NCBI GenBank assembly: GCA_000934665.2
Contig: KZ539021.1
Location: 1 to 36,127, forward strand
From: Catajapyx aquilonaris
Lineage: Eukaryota
Direction of reading: 5' to 3'
Length of the DNA: 36,127 nt
How positions within the stretch are numbered: the stretch's first letter is position 1; every line of letters begins with the position of its first letter. Below are positions 11,601-21,975 of this stretch, piece by piece. The position numbers and the translations under genes were made by a program. Below the pieces are notes generated by a model. That model was not told where the DNA came from and made no database searches. It was given only the letters and a program-made list of their open reading frames with translations.

Positions 11601-14600
11601 CCTGAGGTGGAACTAGACCCAGAGACAGAAGTGCTGGAAGATGACTTCTCAGCCCCTGTCTCGTTGAGGGTCTCATCTGGTATTTTGGCATACCTGTAAG
11701 GCGCATAACTAAACCCAAATTATTATTTTGTGAGCTTTCTAGAATTGATGCGGCCAAAATAAACAACTCCCATTTTCATGGAAGAGGGACTCTGAACAGT
11801 TATACCCTCCCTCAACACACCTCATCTCGAAGACATCCTGGAGCTTTCTTGCCATTGCTACAACGTCATGATCTGGTGGGTTGTACTTGTAGCAGTTGGT
11901 GAAGATCAGTCTCACATCAGCTGCAAACTCCGCCCCGCTTTTGTACTCTCGATTGTCCATCTTTTGCTGCAGGGGGTAATTGACAGGTCGGTACTGGTTA
12001 CCCCTTTGACTTACACTACTGCAAAGAGCCTCTAATTGTTTTCATTGCCAATACAATGCATTCCACATTCCAAATCCATTAACCACTCTCTATGGCCCGC
12101 ATGAAGTATCATTGACATTGCATTGGCAAGCAGGTAAAATCACCAGTGCAGGATTTGAGGAGTAAAAAGTTTGTCAAGTCACCTTGACATGCACTTTACC
12201 CAAGGAAACAGTGGCTTATGCTCTATTTCCACTTTCCTCTCAACAAACGATTGTCAGAAACATCTACAAATCTTGCCTCTTCATGGCCGGTTTCCACTAT
12301 GCAGTTATCATGACATTCTTTTTAAATACTTGTTACTATTTGTGCTCAAGGCTAAAAAGCCTTCCCAGAACGTCAATGTCAAAGCAAGATTTTTTCTTGT
12401 AGTTATGCAATGTGGAACCCAGGCATGTCCAGAACCCTCGGCTGAACTTTCTTGACATTCACAAAAATTCAGCCAGTGTCATCCAACAGAAGTTTCACAA
12501 AATTTAGAATGGCTGATTGTTGGTTAGAAGCTTGCTGTTTAAACACGATAATGGGACTTCCTAATACACTAATGCACACTCCATATCCTGCCGAGTTCTA
12601 ACTTCCTCTGATGCTACAATCTAGGATTTGCTAACCACTGCCCCTAGTCAAGATATTGGATAATTTCCCGATCTTCTGGTCTCCTGGCATAATATAAATG
12701 TGGATCAAAACGAGTTTTTAAAATGGGAGGAATGGATCAACAGCATCTGAACAACTGAATTTTCACAAGATTCAAAGCTTAATGCCAAAGCAAAGAAATT
12801 AGCGAAGTGATTTCATATACACCAGTCATGGCATTCTCCAAAACACTGGGAATTATTATTGATCTGCATAATAATTCAACTCTTGATCCTTTCCCTCCTA
12901 GACGAGACTTCAAATTAATTGAGCATCTCTCAGTATCCATTAGCCTTGGACCTACGGAACGTCAACAAAAAGAAAACCTATGTATATGCTCCAATGACAA
13001 GCCTTTTCCATCAATTGCATACGTGCATTATTCATACACTTTCAGCCCACCTGAAGCTTTAATGTCATTGCGAATAAATCTTCACCTAACAAATCTTTTT
13101 AACTGTTCTTCTCGCCAGACTTGACATTACCTGACAAATTTAGAATGGCAACCATGCTGATGTTTCAAGGTGATCCAGAAAGAGGGAGAGTCTTGAAAAA
13201 CTCAGTTCAAGGAAACAAACACAATGGATAATTTCCATCAAAACGCATTTTCTTTATTTCCGTTTTTTTTTTCGCACTGTAAACAAGAGGTCGTTAGTTT
13301 GAGCACCTTGTGAAGCATCATGCTTCAATATTCATGACTAGATTTGTTACTGTACAAGGCTGACAAGACTTGCCAGCAAGTTGGACGATAAAATCACTCG
13401 TTACAAAAGCATACAGAGAGTGCCATCATCCCTACATCCCGGCCGCAAAAGAGCAGAGCCACTCAAGATATACTTACACACTTTCAAATCCTCCAAATCC
13501 TTCACTGTCAATAGAAGTGCCAATTCAAGACTGCAGCATCAATTGAGATGCAGGCAGCCTTCAAGTGACAAGACAACCAGAAGAGGAATTTTCCCACACT
13601 AACACTTGACAGTTTCAACCCTGCCCAGAGTTATGTGGCAAAATCCCCCTTCGACCATACTCAAAGTGGAGGATTAATAAAACCAACTTACTTTCACTGT
13701 TCCCAAGTCCATGGGCTTCTTGATAATGTCATGGTAGTCATGAAGTCCCAGAAGTTCGGCATCGACAGGTTTGTAAAATGGCCAGGCATATCCCTATGTG
13801 AGGAGAGATCAGAAGCAATGTTACGATTACATTGCAACTGAACACTGCACTGTCTTGCACCCCATCTTGAACATTTAATGTAATCCATTGCTTCACTAAG
13901 CCATGCTACATCTGTGGTAGACCCAACTTTTATCTCACAAGCAAAACATAAAATTTGCTTGAAACCAAATCCTAATGTATGAGCCACCTCTCCTCTGTCC
14001 ACTTACCGAGTGTTTCTTTGAGAAAAGCTCTTTCAGGATTTCGTTACAGGCTTTGAGGGGCTCTGATAACTTTTCCTTAGGTTTTCCACCACAGTGCTGG
14101 GGCTGCAAAAAGAAGAGGAATACTTGATTTCCTACAGTACCAAATCCCGATATACGTGCAAAAATCCACAGCCTCAAATTTCCCCCCTTGCATTTCATAT
14201 CTTTTAAAAAGTAAAAAATTAAATGTTAGACCAAGTCCCACTTAACTATCATATACAAAGAGGGGAGAGAAGTGAAAAAAGTAAAAAATTAAAATTACAT
14301 CTACCGGCAGCTATTGATTCAAATCATTCAAACAGGATGGAAGAGGAATTATTTTCGAGCAGGTGTGATGCAGGAAGAAGGGGTTAATGCAGGCAGGTCT
14401 CACTGACAGTCCTTTCACTCTCACTCTTTATGTCCCATCCCAATTCCCCACTTGCATGTAACTTGGCTTCCCCTCCCCCCCCTCCCCCCCTCCCACTCCA
14501 CCCTCACCCATCTCCCAAAACCCTCCCCATCTGCAAATCCTCACTCACTCACTCACACACACACACACGAATAGATTGTGTCCTATCTGAACTTACCGCT

Positions 14601-17600
14601 TGGCTTTTATTGAACAATTCTTTTAAGACTGTATTACAATGTCTCAGACTCTCCAAACCGGGCTTCTTAGATTTCAAACTAGGCAGAGGCTAAAAGTTAA
14701 GAAGGAAACAAGTCAAGATTTCACACTGAAAATTCATTCTATTTTGTTTCAACTCTTTCACCCTTGCATTTTTCCCTACTGAGCTTCAACTGGCCAAATC
14801 TCTTCAGCAGGCTACCTTATTGCATGTAGCTCCCTTCTACACACCCTTTTTTTTATAATTGGCTCTTGTGAAATCAAACACGCACCACTCACACTGGAAA
14901 GGATTGACAGTGGATAAAACAGGTAACAGGAATGTCTACCTGGCTTCACCATTTACAATCCTCCAGTTTAATTTTAATTCAGCTACTGTATATTACCAGT
15001 TTTAAAACCCGCTGTTAAAATTAGAGAGAGAAAAACGGTACACAAAAATGTATGTCCTCTTGGGTGGGATATGGGGGAGGAAAAAAATGGAACAGCTCCA
15101 AGTCTTACCTGTGAATCAGGTAGGTCCTTCACAACCTTTTTGATTTGTCTCCCTGACTCCCTCCTGGTGTTGATCTTGGCTGACTTGACCTCTGAGTGAG
15201 GCTGGTAAGGGGCATCATATGCATTCCCCAAGGGAGTTGTCGTGTCTGCTTTTCTCTTCACGCCTTTTTTCACCTGTGGAAGTGAAACAGGAACCATATT
15301 GTAGGACATTAAACCAAAATTGCTTGCCATTTCAAAAACTTTATTAATCCCATACTTATTCCCTTGTCATGACATTCCAGAATTTTCGCTGTTATATTTA
15401 ATTCAAGCATTATGGCCTCAAGCAATAATCTAAACAAAAATGGTTTTGAACCCCCACAGTACACTTGCAAACTATTTCTTAATAATAATTACTGGGCATG
15501 CACAAATACATTTCACATGTGCCTGGTGGACAGAGAAAGCTCAGACGCAATGGCATCATTAGTCTTTGCAGGACTTCTGATATCGACCGCGAATGTTTGG
15601 GTGAAGTTCTCATCATTGCTAACTCTGCAGTCCACCAGAGCGGTTCCCATTCAGTCATCACACAACGGCGCATCATACTTCAGCATCTTTTACCTTGGCA
15701 GGTTGTGAGGGAGGTATCACAGCAGCTGGAACACCTGATGGCTGGATAACAGGTCCAGGCTGTCCATCCACTCCCATTGGTCCCACAGGGGGCGGATGGT
15801 AACCAGCAGCCAAAGGAGCACCCACCTGCAATTAACGACACATTTTAGGCAAGCATTTAAAATCGCAGCTCACTAATTCTTTGATCCTAACATGTACAAG
15901 AGGCATGCAATTCCTGTTAAGACACAATCTCTCATGCCTGATTGCACCAACAAAATTACCAATTCAATAGCTCCTAACAGATTGTTAGCACACCTTAAAA
16001 GGGTGTCCTAACGATCAGTTAGGAGCTATCCAAACAGTAATTTCGTTGGTGCAATCAGGCATCAGTCAGGTATTGAAATACTCAACATTCTGGATATTTT
16101 ACTATGCTGTTGCCACCCCACAACCTTTAATAGTAACACTTCATGTTATGGACAGGTTTCTCTTAACAGCGGATCAAAAAAAATAATTAGCAACCATTTA
16201 AAAGCCGTCAAATAAATGAAAGAGTCATCACCTGTTGCTGCATAGCCCCATGTCCTCCATGGACCATGGCAGGAACAGTGGTGGTGGCAGTGCTCCCAGG
16301 AACTGCACCTGGTGCCATTGGCACCTGAGGTGGGAGGGTTGGAGCAGGCTGCATTGGCGGAGGTGCACCGATACTAGAAGTAAGCCCCATGCTTTGGGCA
16401 TTCATGAGTGGTGGAGGCTGTTGCTGTTGTTGTCCACCCACAGGATGCGACACAGTGGTAGTTGCAGGAGCTGAGATGGGCTTGGGTACCGGATTCACAC
16501 TTTGCACCGTCGATGACACTGACGATGCAGACGTCGACCCAGCCGGCCGACCCCTACCTGGTAGGGCCCCCCCAGCTCCGGCTCCACTTCCAGGAGTTCG
16601 CCCTTTCTTTCCCTTCCCACCCTTAGGTGGAGGTGGCTCCATCTCTACCTCCTCCTTGGGCATCTGCGCCACCTTTGTGAGGAAAAGTTTTTCCAGAGTC
16701 TGTGCCATCACTACCACATCTTCTCCAGGCTTGTTGTACACATAGCAATTGGTGAACATGGTGTTGAAGTCCTGAATGCACTCCTTTGCACTCCAGTAGT
16801 AGTTGTTTTCCAGTCTCCGCTTGATTGTTCCCAGATCCATAGGGTGCTTGATGATACGGTGGTAGTCCTTAAAAATATTTCAGAATTAATCAGTCTCCAG
16901 AATCAGAACTACATCACTCCTTTGTTCTCTTAGTCATGAAACATGAAAAACAAGACCAGAGTACTACAAACGTGACAATTTTGAATCTCAATGTCAACTG
17001 CATCAAATACCTTCAGAAGAACAACCCTTTTACATCACATATGTATTACCTTACTCAAAAGCCCAGCATAAATTGCTTTTACCACTGTCTTTAAAAGCTT
17101 CATCAGAAATACGGCATGTTAACAACACAGATGAAAAGTGTGATAAATAAACCAATCGCAGTCCCAGGGGTCTTTTAAATCTCTAATTTCCATTCTCTGC
17201 AGCTCTGAGATAAGGAAAGGCACTGGTACAGATACCATCTCCTACTAGACAGTTTGCAAGTAGTACTTCGACATTCAATATGCCTGAACAAATGGTTCAT
17301 ATACAGGGTAAAGTCATTCTTGCGGACAATCGCCAGGTAGACAGTACTCGTAAAACTAATACAGAGATGTGCAATCAGTTTTGGGAGCCGTTGCGTAGTT
17401 AATGCGTACGGCGCTGTTAAAGTGTCGAGTGCCAGATGGTAGCATATGACCGAGACATAGACAAAGTGTATGTGTGTCACCAGGTTTTTACTCTGACGGG
17501 ATTTTAATCACCTGTTGCACATGGACAATGCGTTAGGGACCAAGACGGTATCATTTGGAGGTCCTCAAGCTGACTTTTGCTTCTTTGAAACTGGTGGAGC

Positions 17601-20600
17601 AGATGTGACGGCACACAACTTTGAATGCGCCGTACGCATAACTAGGCAACGGCACCCAAAACTAATTGCTCATCCTTATTAATTTCGTGAGTACTATCAG
17701 TCTACCTGGCAATTATTCGTGAGAAGTCCTTCACCCTGTATACACACAAACGTTGAATCTAGTTTGCTAGAGGCAGGGCTTGAAAAACTTACGTATGTGC
17801 TTGCTTCAACTAGATGAATAATTTTCTAGTTCATTTACACAACATTTTCAGCAATGAAGGAAGTGAATGTCATGTTGGCACATGCCAACAATGTCTTAGT
17901 GATTTCATGATTATAACTTGCATGGTGTTAAAAAAATTCATGATGTGGGGAACCAAGTTGTTATCACTCACAATCAGACGCAAACAGGCATCATGTAGGC
18001 GGGACCTATCAGGTATCGACCGCGAATGATTGGCAGAATATATCATCATTTGTGATGTAACCCTTGGTGCCCCACCCTACTGTGACATGTCATTTGCAAT
18101 AAATTTTAGTACAAATACAAAACTACAATTTCCCCAGATTATCGGGCATATGTAGTGAAGGTTTCAGATCCTCAAATCAACTATCATTCAGTTCTGATCA
18201 TTATGCAGAGGAGTAAACATCACTCCAGTGCTCTTTTGGCAAAAATACACACTGACATACCAAAAACCGCATTGAGCCCTATGGTTATGTTTACACCATA
18301 AGTGTGCACATTCCTGATTTTTAAGAACAAATTGATTAACCTTGAACTTGACTTGCGATTCACTTGCTTTCAGTTTCAGCTCATGTGCAATATTTTGTGT
18401 GGCTGCAAGTCATAATTTCTCCATTTTGAGATCTAGCTAGGCAAAAGTAGTGTCACATATTGTCAGCTAATATTGGGCGCAAAAAAATATTGCCAATGAG
18501 ATAAAAATTGACTCTAAAATGTCAAATTTTAAATGTCTAATTCCAACAAGGCATCAAGAGCAAAATCATACTCACTGGGAGATTGAGTTTCCGGGCATCG
18601 ACTGGCTGATGGAAAGGCCATGCAAACTGATGCTTCCATACTGCCTTGAGAACAGTTTTGTGTAGGAACACTAATTGATTTGTCAATCGTCCCTGGCGAT
18701 CGCTGGATGGAATGAACGGAGGCTGAACAATACCATTCACTGGCTCCATGGATGGCTCCTCCCGTGGTGGGGGTTCTTTGGAATCAGCTTTAACAGGTTG
18801 TTCCTATTTGGGAGAAATTCATGTCACTTCGGGGGAAAAAATACACATTCCTAATCACTGGCCAAGGGCACCGATTTTTAATTTATTGGCCAGCGCACCA
18901 TCTTCATTGAGGCATCAGATTTTCACAATATCTTTTACACAGAGTTCAACAATGGCAGGGAGGTGGTTGATTTAGAAAAGTCTCAAACGTGCATTTTACT
19001 TATTGCCTCATAATACACCCTAATATCATGTGTATATCAATATTAGCACAGTCAAAAATGCACATTCTGCCAGTTTCCCCAATTACGGTAATTTTTTGGC
19101 CACGGGGTTTTTCCTTTCAGTATCCAGCAGCTGAAAGGAGGTATTCTACAAAAGCAGCATGGGGAACCATACTGCACTCCCGTCTTGTATACTACACGGC
19201 CTTGGGGGAGGACTAGCCTGGCCTCCAGATGGCATGAGCAGCTCAGACACAAACACATCACAAGGCCTGGGACCTTCGGATGTCGACCGCGAATGTTTGG
19301 GTTGAAATTCTCATCACTGCTAACTCAGCCACTGGCCCTATCTAATTGATCTATTTTTAACCATTACCCTGGTAAGAAGCGGGTAACGATATATACGCTT
19401 AAAAAAATTACGCCGTGGACATACCCAACTTACCACATCGACCTCAATTGAACTCGAGGACCGATCTGGACTCGAACTGCACGAGTCCATACCCAGGTAC
19501 GGGTTGTACATGGCTGCAATCGAACCACAGCCGACCACACCACCATACAACCTCCTCCAAGATCGCACGCCGAAATGGGACGAGCTCCCCACGTCCCCAG
19601 AAGCTTTCGAGGTTATGGTGGAGGGGTCGGGAAGGGGGGATGGGGGGGAAGGGGTCGCGAAGGGTGCTGAACAAAGAGGCAAACGCACCTGGTAGCCTGA
19701 GAGTACGCCCCCTTTTGGTGCTTGCACAACCACCACGGGCGCCGTACCGACCAATTGCGCACACTGGCCTAATCCTGGCTGGGAGATCTGGAGACGGGGC
19801 GCGGGGGAAATACCCAATGATCAGGTCGAATTGTGGAGAGCGTGTTATCTCGATCCGTCACCAGACAAAGCCAGCCTGCCGGATTTTCAGAACTGACTCA
19901 GCAAGGTCAGTACGCCGACAATTCGACGCCGCTCGACCCTTTTCCCCCTCCCTCCATGTACTTATCGCAATGCACGTACCGGTTTGAATAGCCTGAAACC
20001 AACTTCCAGAGTATTTTCGGCGCCCGAAAGTCGTCACTAACGTGGTTCTCTGGCGCCCGTGCGCACGAAAATTCATGATCTTCGAAAAAAGGGGTCACTG
20101 GGGCTCAAAATACAAGCCCGCGGCCCCGTTTTTGAACATGTCAAGACATATTATATGATACACTGGCAATTATGATCAGCTGTGGCAGTACGTACTCACA
20201 GGTCAGCCACAAACTGCTCAACATCCGAGCATGGCAATGACTTCGTTGTCAGCTTGGCGTGCGTGTTCGTCACCCGAGATGTGCTCACGTAATACTTGAA
20301 TAACCCCAGCAGGGTAGACAAGGAATTATCAGCCCCATTGATGCGCGCATGAATAAGCGAGGAGCCCATTATCACAAAGCTGGCTGCCGTTATCAACACC
20401 CTGAATGCCACGAAACAGCATACGTTTCTCTCTCGAGTGCCACGCCGCTCAATGCTGGATGATTCAGATTCCTTTACTCGGCCACATGGCCCTTCGTTAT
20501 TTGCAGAATCTTACACATGTGCCAAGTGTCGATAACACCGGTGCTCGAGCCGACGACGACGTGGAGCTTCTGCAGTACAGTACTATCGCCGGAACAAAGC

Positions 20601-21370
20601 GGCATTCCCCAAATGCAATTCATGCGCTTGGTCGGGGGAAATTCGTGAGCGTCGCGTCGCCTCATTCCAGACAAGCGCTTGTTTTGGGCAGGGGAGGAGG
20701 GATTATAGGAAGGTGCAGGCGGACTGGTCGCAGAGCCATGTCGATGTCGCTCTCGCCGTCTCCCCTACACCCGACAAGTTGGCGCGGGGCAGAAACGTGA
20801 CGGGTGGTGGTGGTGGTGGGGGGGGGAAAGGTATCTTGCGGTTCCCTCCCTTCCCTGATATACCGGTGCATTCTGGTTCAACCCATTCGTTTTCCGCCAA
20901 GTAACGTCACCGCGGCAAAGTGAGCAGGATTCTGAAAGTTGGTTTCCTGACCCTATGAACACCTACATGCTTCTTACACCGATGGCTATTCCTACAATAC
21001 TGTACAAATAACCTACACCCTGTGCAGACATTCCATGTCTCCTTTCAGCACGGTTCGTGACGATTTGTGCTCGACTTATGCGGCAATCGAGTACACCGAA
21101 CCTAAATTGTGCTTCAATCACTTAGCACGACTTTGAAAGTGCCAGGTGGTCAGTCGATGCCCTGTTCTGGCCCGAATTAATCAATTAAGTATACCTAGTG
21201 ACGATACCTAGCTCTCCCCCCACCTGCCGACCATTGATATGGCAACTTCCCATATCCCAAAACGCACAGCCATTCTGGCAATAAGCATGAGACCACGACC
21301 GCCCCCAAATCAAGAAAGCAAGCAAGGTACTCACCATGCTGTTTTGCGGGGTCGATTCCACGATCTGCAT
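8537..21370 (-). CDS. fs(1)h: BET-family bromodomain protein (fs(1)h/BRD4-like), short isoform; join of 21335-21370, 18576-18803, 16232-16867, 15694-15825, 15109-15273, 14007-14102, 13692-13793, 11821-11966, 11540-11693, 9696-10200, 9404-9574, 9210-9329, 8537-8673 (2628 nt, 875 aa)
   Basis: Two bromodomains (WPFHQPVDA...[21 protein letters not shown]...[12 protein letters not shown]), motif A ([13 protein letters not shown]), ET domain ([33 protein letters not shown]...[18 protein letters not shown]) and a SEED tail. All junctions are GT-AG and the phases give an open frame. Confidence 0.95.
9210..9329 (-). CDS. fs(1)h: Exon: post-ET coiled coil ([31 protein letters not shown])
   Basis: Conserved BET C-terminal helix; cctttag acceptor, gtaaag donor; phase 1-1. 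Confidence 0.93.
9404..9574 (-). CDS. fs(1)h: Exon: ET domain
   Basis: [52 protein letters not shown]; phase 1-1. Confidence 0.96.
9696..10200 (-). CDS. fs(1)h: Exon: motif B/basic region to start of ET domain
   Basis: [14 protein letters not shown]...[27 protein letters not shown]; 505 nt, phase 0-1. Confidence 0.95.
10670..10986. repeat. Long imperfect inverted repeat (about 150-nt arms, 8-nt loop)
   Basis: Arms ending ...ctgttctgaacttataggtag / ctacctataagttcagaacag... around loop aagagaag at about 10822-10829. Confidence 0.9.
11540..11693 (-). CDS. fs(1)h: Exon: end of BD2, Ser-rich segment, start of motif B (YAKIPDE...[16 protein letters not shown])
   Basis: cttacag acceptor, CAG|gttagt donor; 154 nt, phase 2-0. 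Confidence 0.92.
11821..11966 (-). CDS. fs(1)h: Exon: BD2 alphaB-alphaC ([11 protein letters not shown]...[25 protein letters not shown])
   Basis: Conserved Asn of the acetyl-lysine pocket; 146 nt, phase 0-2. Confidence 0.96.
13692..13793 (-). CDS. fs(1)h: Exon: BD2 ZA loop ([34 protein letters not shown])
   Basis: BD2 WPF shelf; cacatag acceptor, gtaagt donor; 102 nt. Confidence 0.96.
14007..14102 (-). CDS. fs(1)h: Exon: canonical BD2 alphaZ ([32 protein letters not shown])
   Basis: BD2 consensus; ttttgcag acceptor, TCG|gtaagt donor; 96 nt, phase 0-0. Confidence 0.95.
14597..14689 (-). CDS. fs(1)h: Duplicated alternative BD2 alphaZ exon ([31 protein letters not shown])
   Basis: 93 nt, open, phase 0-0; polypyrimidine tract ...ttccttcttaacttttag; donor GCG|gtaagt; aligns with exon 14007-14102 (E.L..CN..LKELF.K). 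Confidence 0.8.
15109..15273 (-). CDS. fs(1)h: Exon: BET motif A ([14 protein letters not shown]...[11 protein letters not shown]...LPDSQ)
   Basis: Conserved BET motifs; ccacag acceptor, CAG|gtaaga donor; 165 nt. Confidence 0.95.
15538..15620 (-). ncRNA. Intronic box C/D snoRNA, U14-like (copy A)
   Basis: C box ATGATGA (15610-16), CATTCGCGGTCGA element, D' CAGA, C' ATGATGC, D box CTGA (15541-44), terminal stem; same strand as host. Confidence 0.85.
15694..15825 (-). CDS. fs(1)h: Exon: inter-bromodomain linker ([13 protein letters not shown]...VIPPSQPAK)
   Basis: ttgcag acceptor, AAG|gtaaaa donor, 132 nt open frame, phase 0-0. Confidence 0.88.
15934..16062. mobile_element. Small palindromic MITE
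   Basis: Termini ATGCCTGATTGCACCAAC / GTTGGTGCAATCAGGCAT; self-complementary through most of its length. Confidence 0.7.
16232..16867 (-). CDS. fs(1)h: Exon: second half of BD1 plus P/G/Q-rich linker
   Basis: [52 protein letters not shown]; 636 nt, phase 0-0. Confidence 0.95.
17304..17738. mobile_element. Tc1/mariner-type MITE, family X copy 1
   Basis: TA-CAGGGT...ACCCTG-TA, long imperfect TIRs; homologous to 21976-22424. Confidence 0.85.
17968..18055 (-). ncRNA. Intronic box C/D snoRNA, U14-like (copy B)
   Basis: TCACAA/TTGTGA terminal stem, C box ATGATGA, CATTCGCGGTCGA, D' CTGA, C' ATGATGC, D box CTGA. Confidence 0.85.
18576..18803 (-). CDS. fs(1)h: Exon: N-terminus and first half of BD1 ([17 protein letters not shown]...[15 protein letters not shown])
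   Basis: BD1 alphaZ/WPF motif; aaatag acceptor, gtgagt donor; 228 nt, phase 0-0. Confidence 0.95.
19240..19321 (-). ncRNA. Intronic box C/D snoRNA, U14-like (copy C)
   Basis: C box GTGATGA, CATTCGCGGTCGA, D' CCGA, C' GTGATGT, D box CTGA, terminal stem. Confidence 0.85.
19400..20130 (-). promoter_or_regulatory. Internal GC/CpG-rich island, candidate alternative promoter
   Basis: CpG-dense segment directly upstream of and including the candidate MYNPY exon. Confidence 0.4.
19434..19511 (-). CDS. fs(1)h: Candidate alternative first coding exon ([26 protein letters not shown])
   Basis: GCAGCCATG start context, 26 codons, consensus donor GTG|gtaagt, phase 0 matching the 18803 acceptor; lies at the 3' end of a GC/CpG-rich island. 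Confidence 0.55.
21335..21370 (-). CDS. fs(1)h: Probable first coding exon ([12 protein letters not shown]); exon starts at 21383
   Basis: Acceptor tcttctttccag before 21383, ATG at 21370, donor ATG|gtgagt, phase 0 into the 18803 exon. Confidence 0.75.
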
Positions 21371-21975
21371 GTCACCTTCACTTCTGGAAAGAAGATACAA
21401 AATGTGAAAGTGGTGAACCAAGACAACCATGGTTATGTCAGCAGCTCCCTGAATATCATAATTTTACTCCCCCTCTAACCACATATGGGGCCCAGCTCTG
21501 GACAGTGGAGATCAGCATGCTTACCTATCCCCATTGTCCAGACTAAGGCCCCGAGTGGGAGAAATACTTTACTGGCTTAGCACAAGAGTACCTCAAGTTA
21601 TAAAACCTCTAAATGAATGTAACCACGCATAGAATCACATGCACTACTTAGCTCATCTTTTGTTACGTGGCAGATCCCACACACTGGGACCCACCCTTGA
21701 TCACACAAGCACAACTGAATGAAATGAGAAGTTAAGCAAGATGCAGTTTGTCCCAGGCACGCATTTGGCACAAGGTATATTGGAAACCAAAAGCAAGATA
21801 CAACTCCATTTCTTATCAGTTATCACTTTGCATTAGGTACCTGGGATGGGTGGAAATCAGGGAAGGTAGTGCTGGGGAGCTGCCTTGTTAGTTGTAACGG
21901 ATGCACCATACATTTGCAGACATCCCGCGTATTTTTACTCGTAACAGGTGTATGTTGCCAACCATAACTTGTATA

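Noticed and set aside
13131..13276. Duplicate of the 146-nt BD2 exon 11821-11966 (identical length)
   Set aside because: No nucleotide or peptide similarity and it has in-frame stops; kept only as a possible poison exon
20150..20960. GC-rich block with several ORFs
   Set aside because: No recognisable protein, splice pattern or transposon termini
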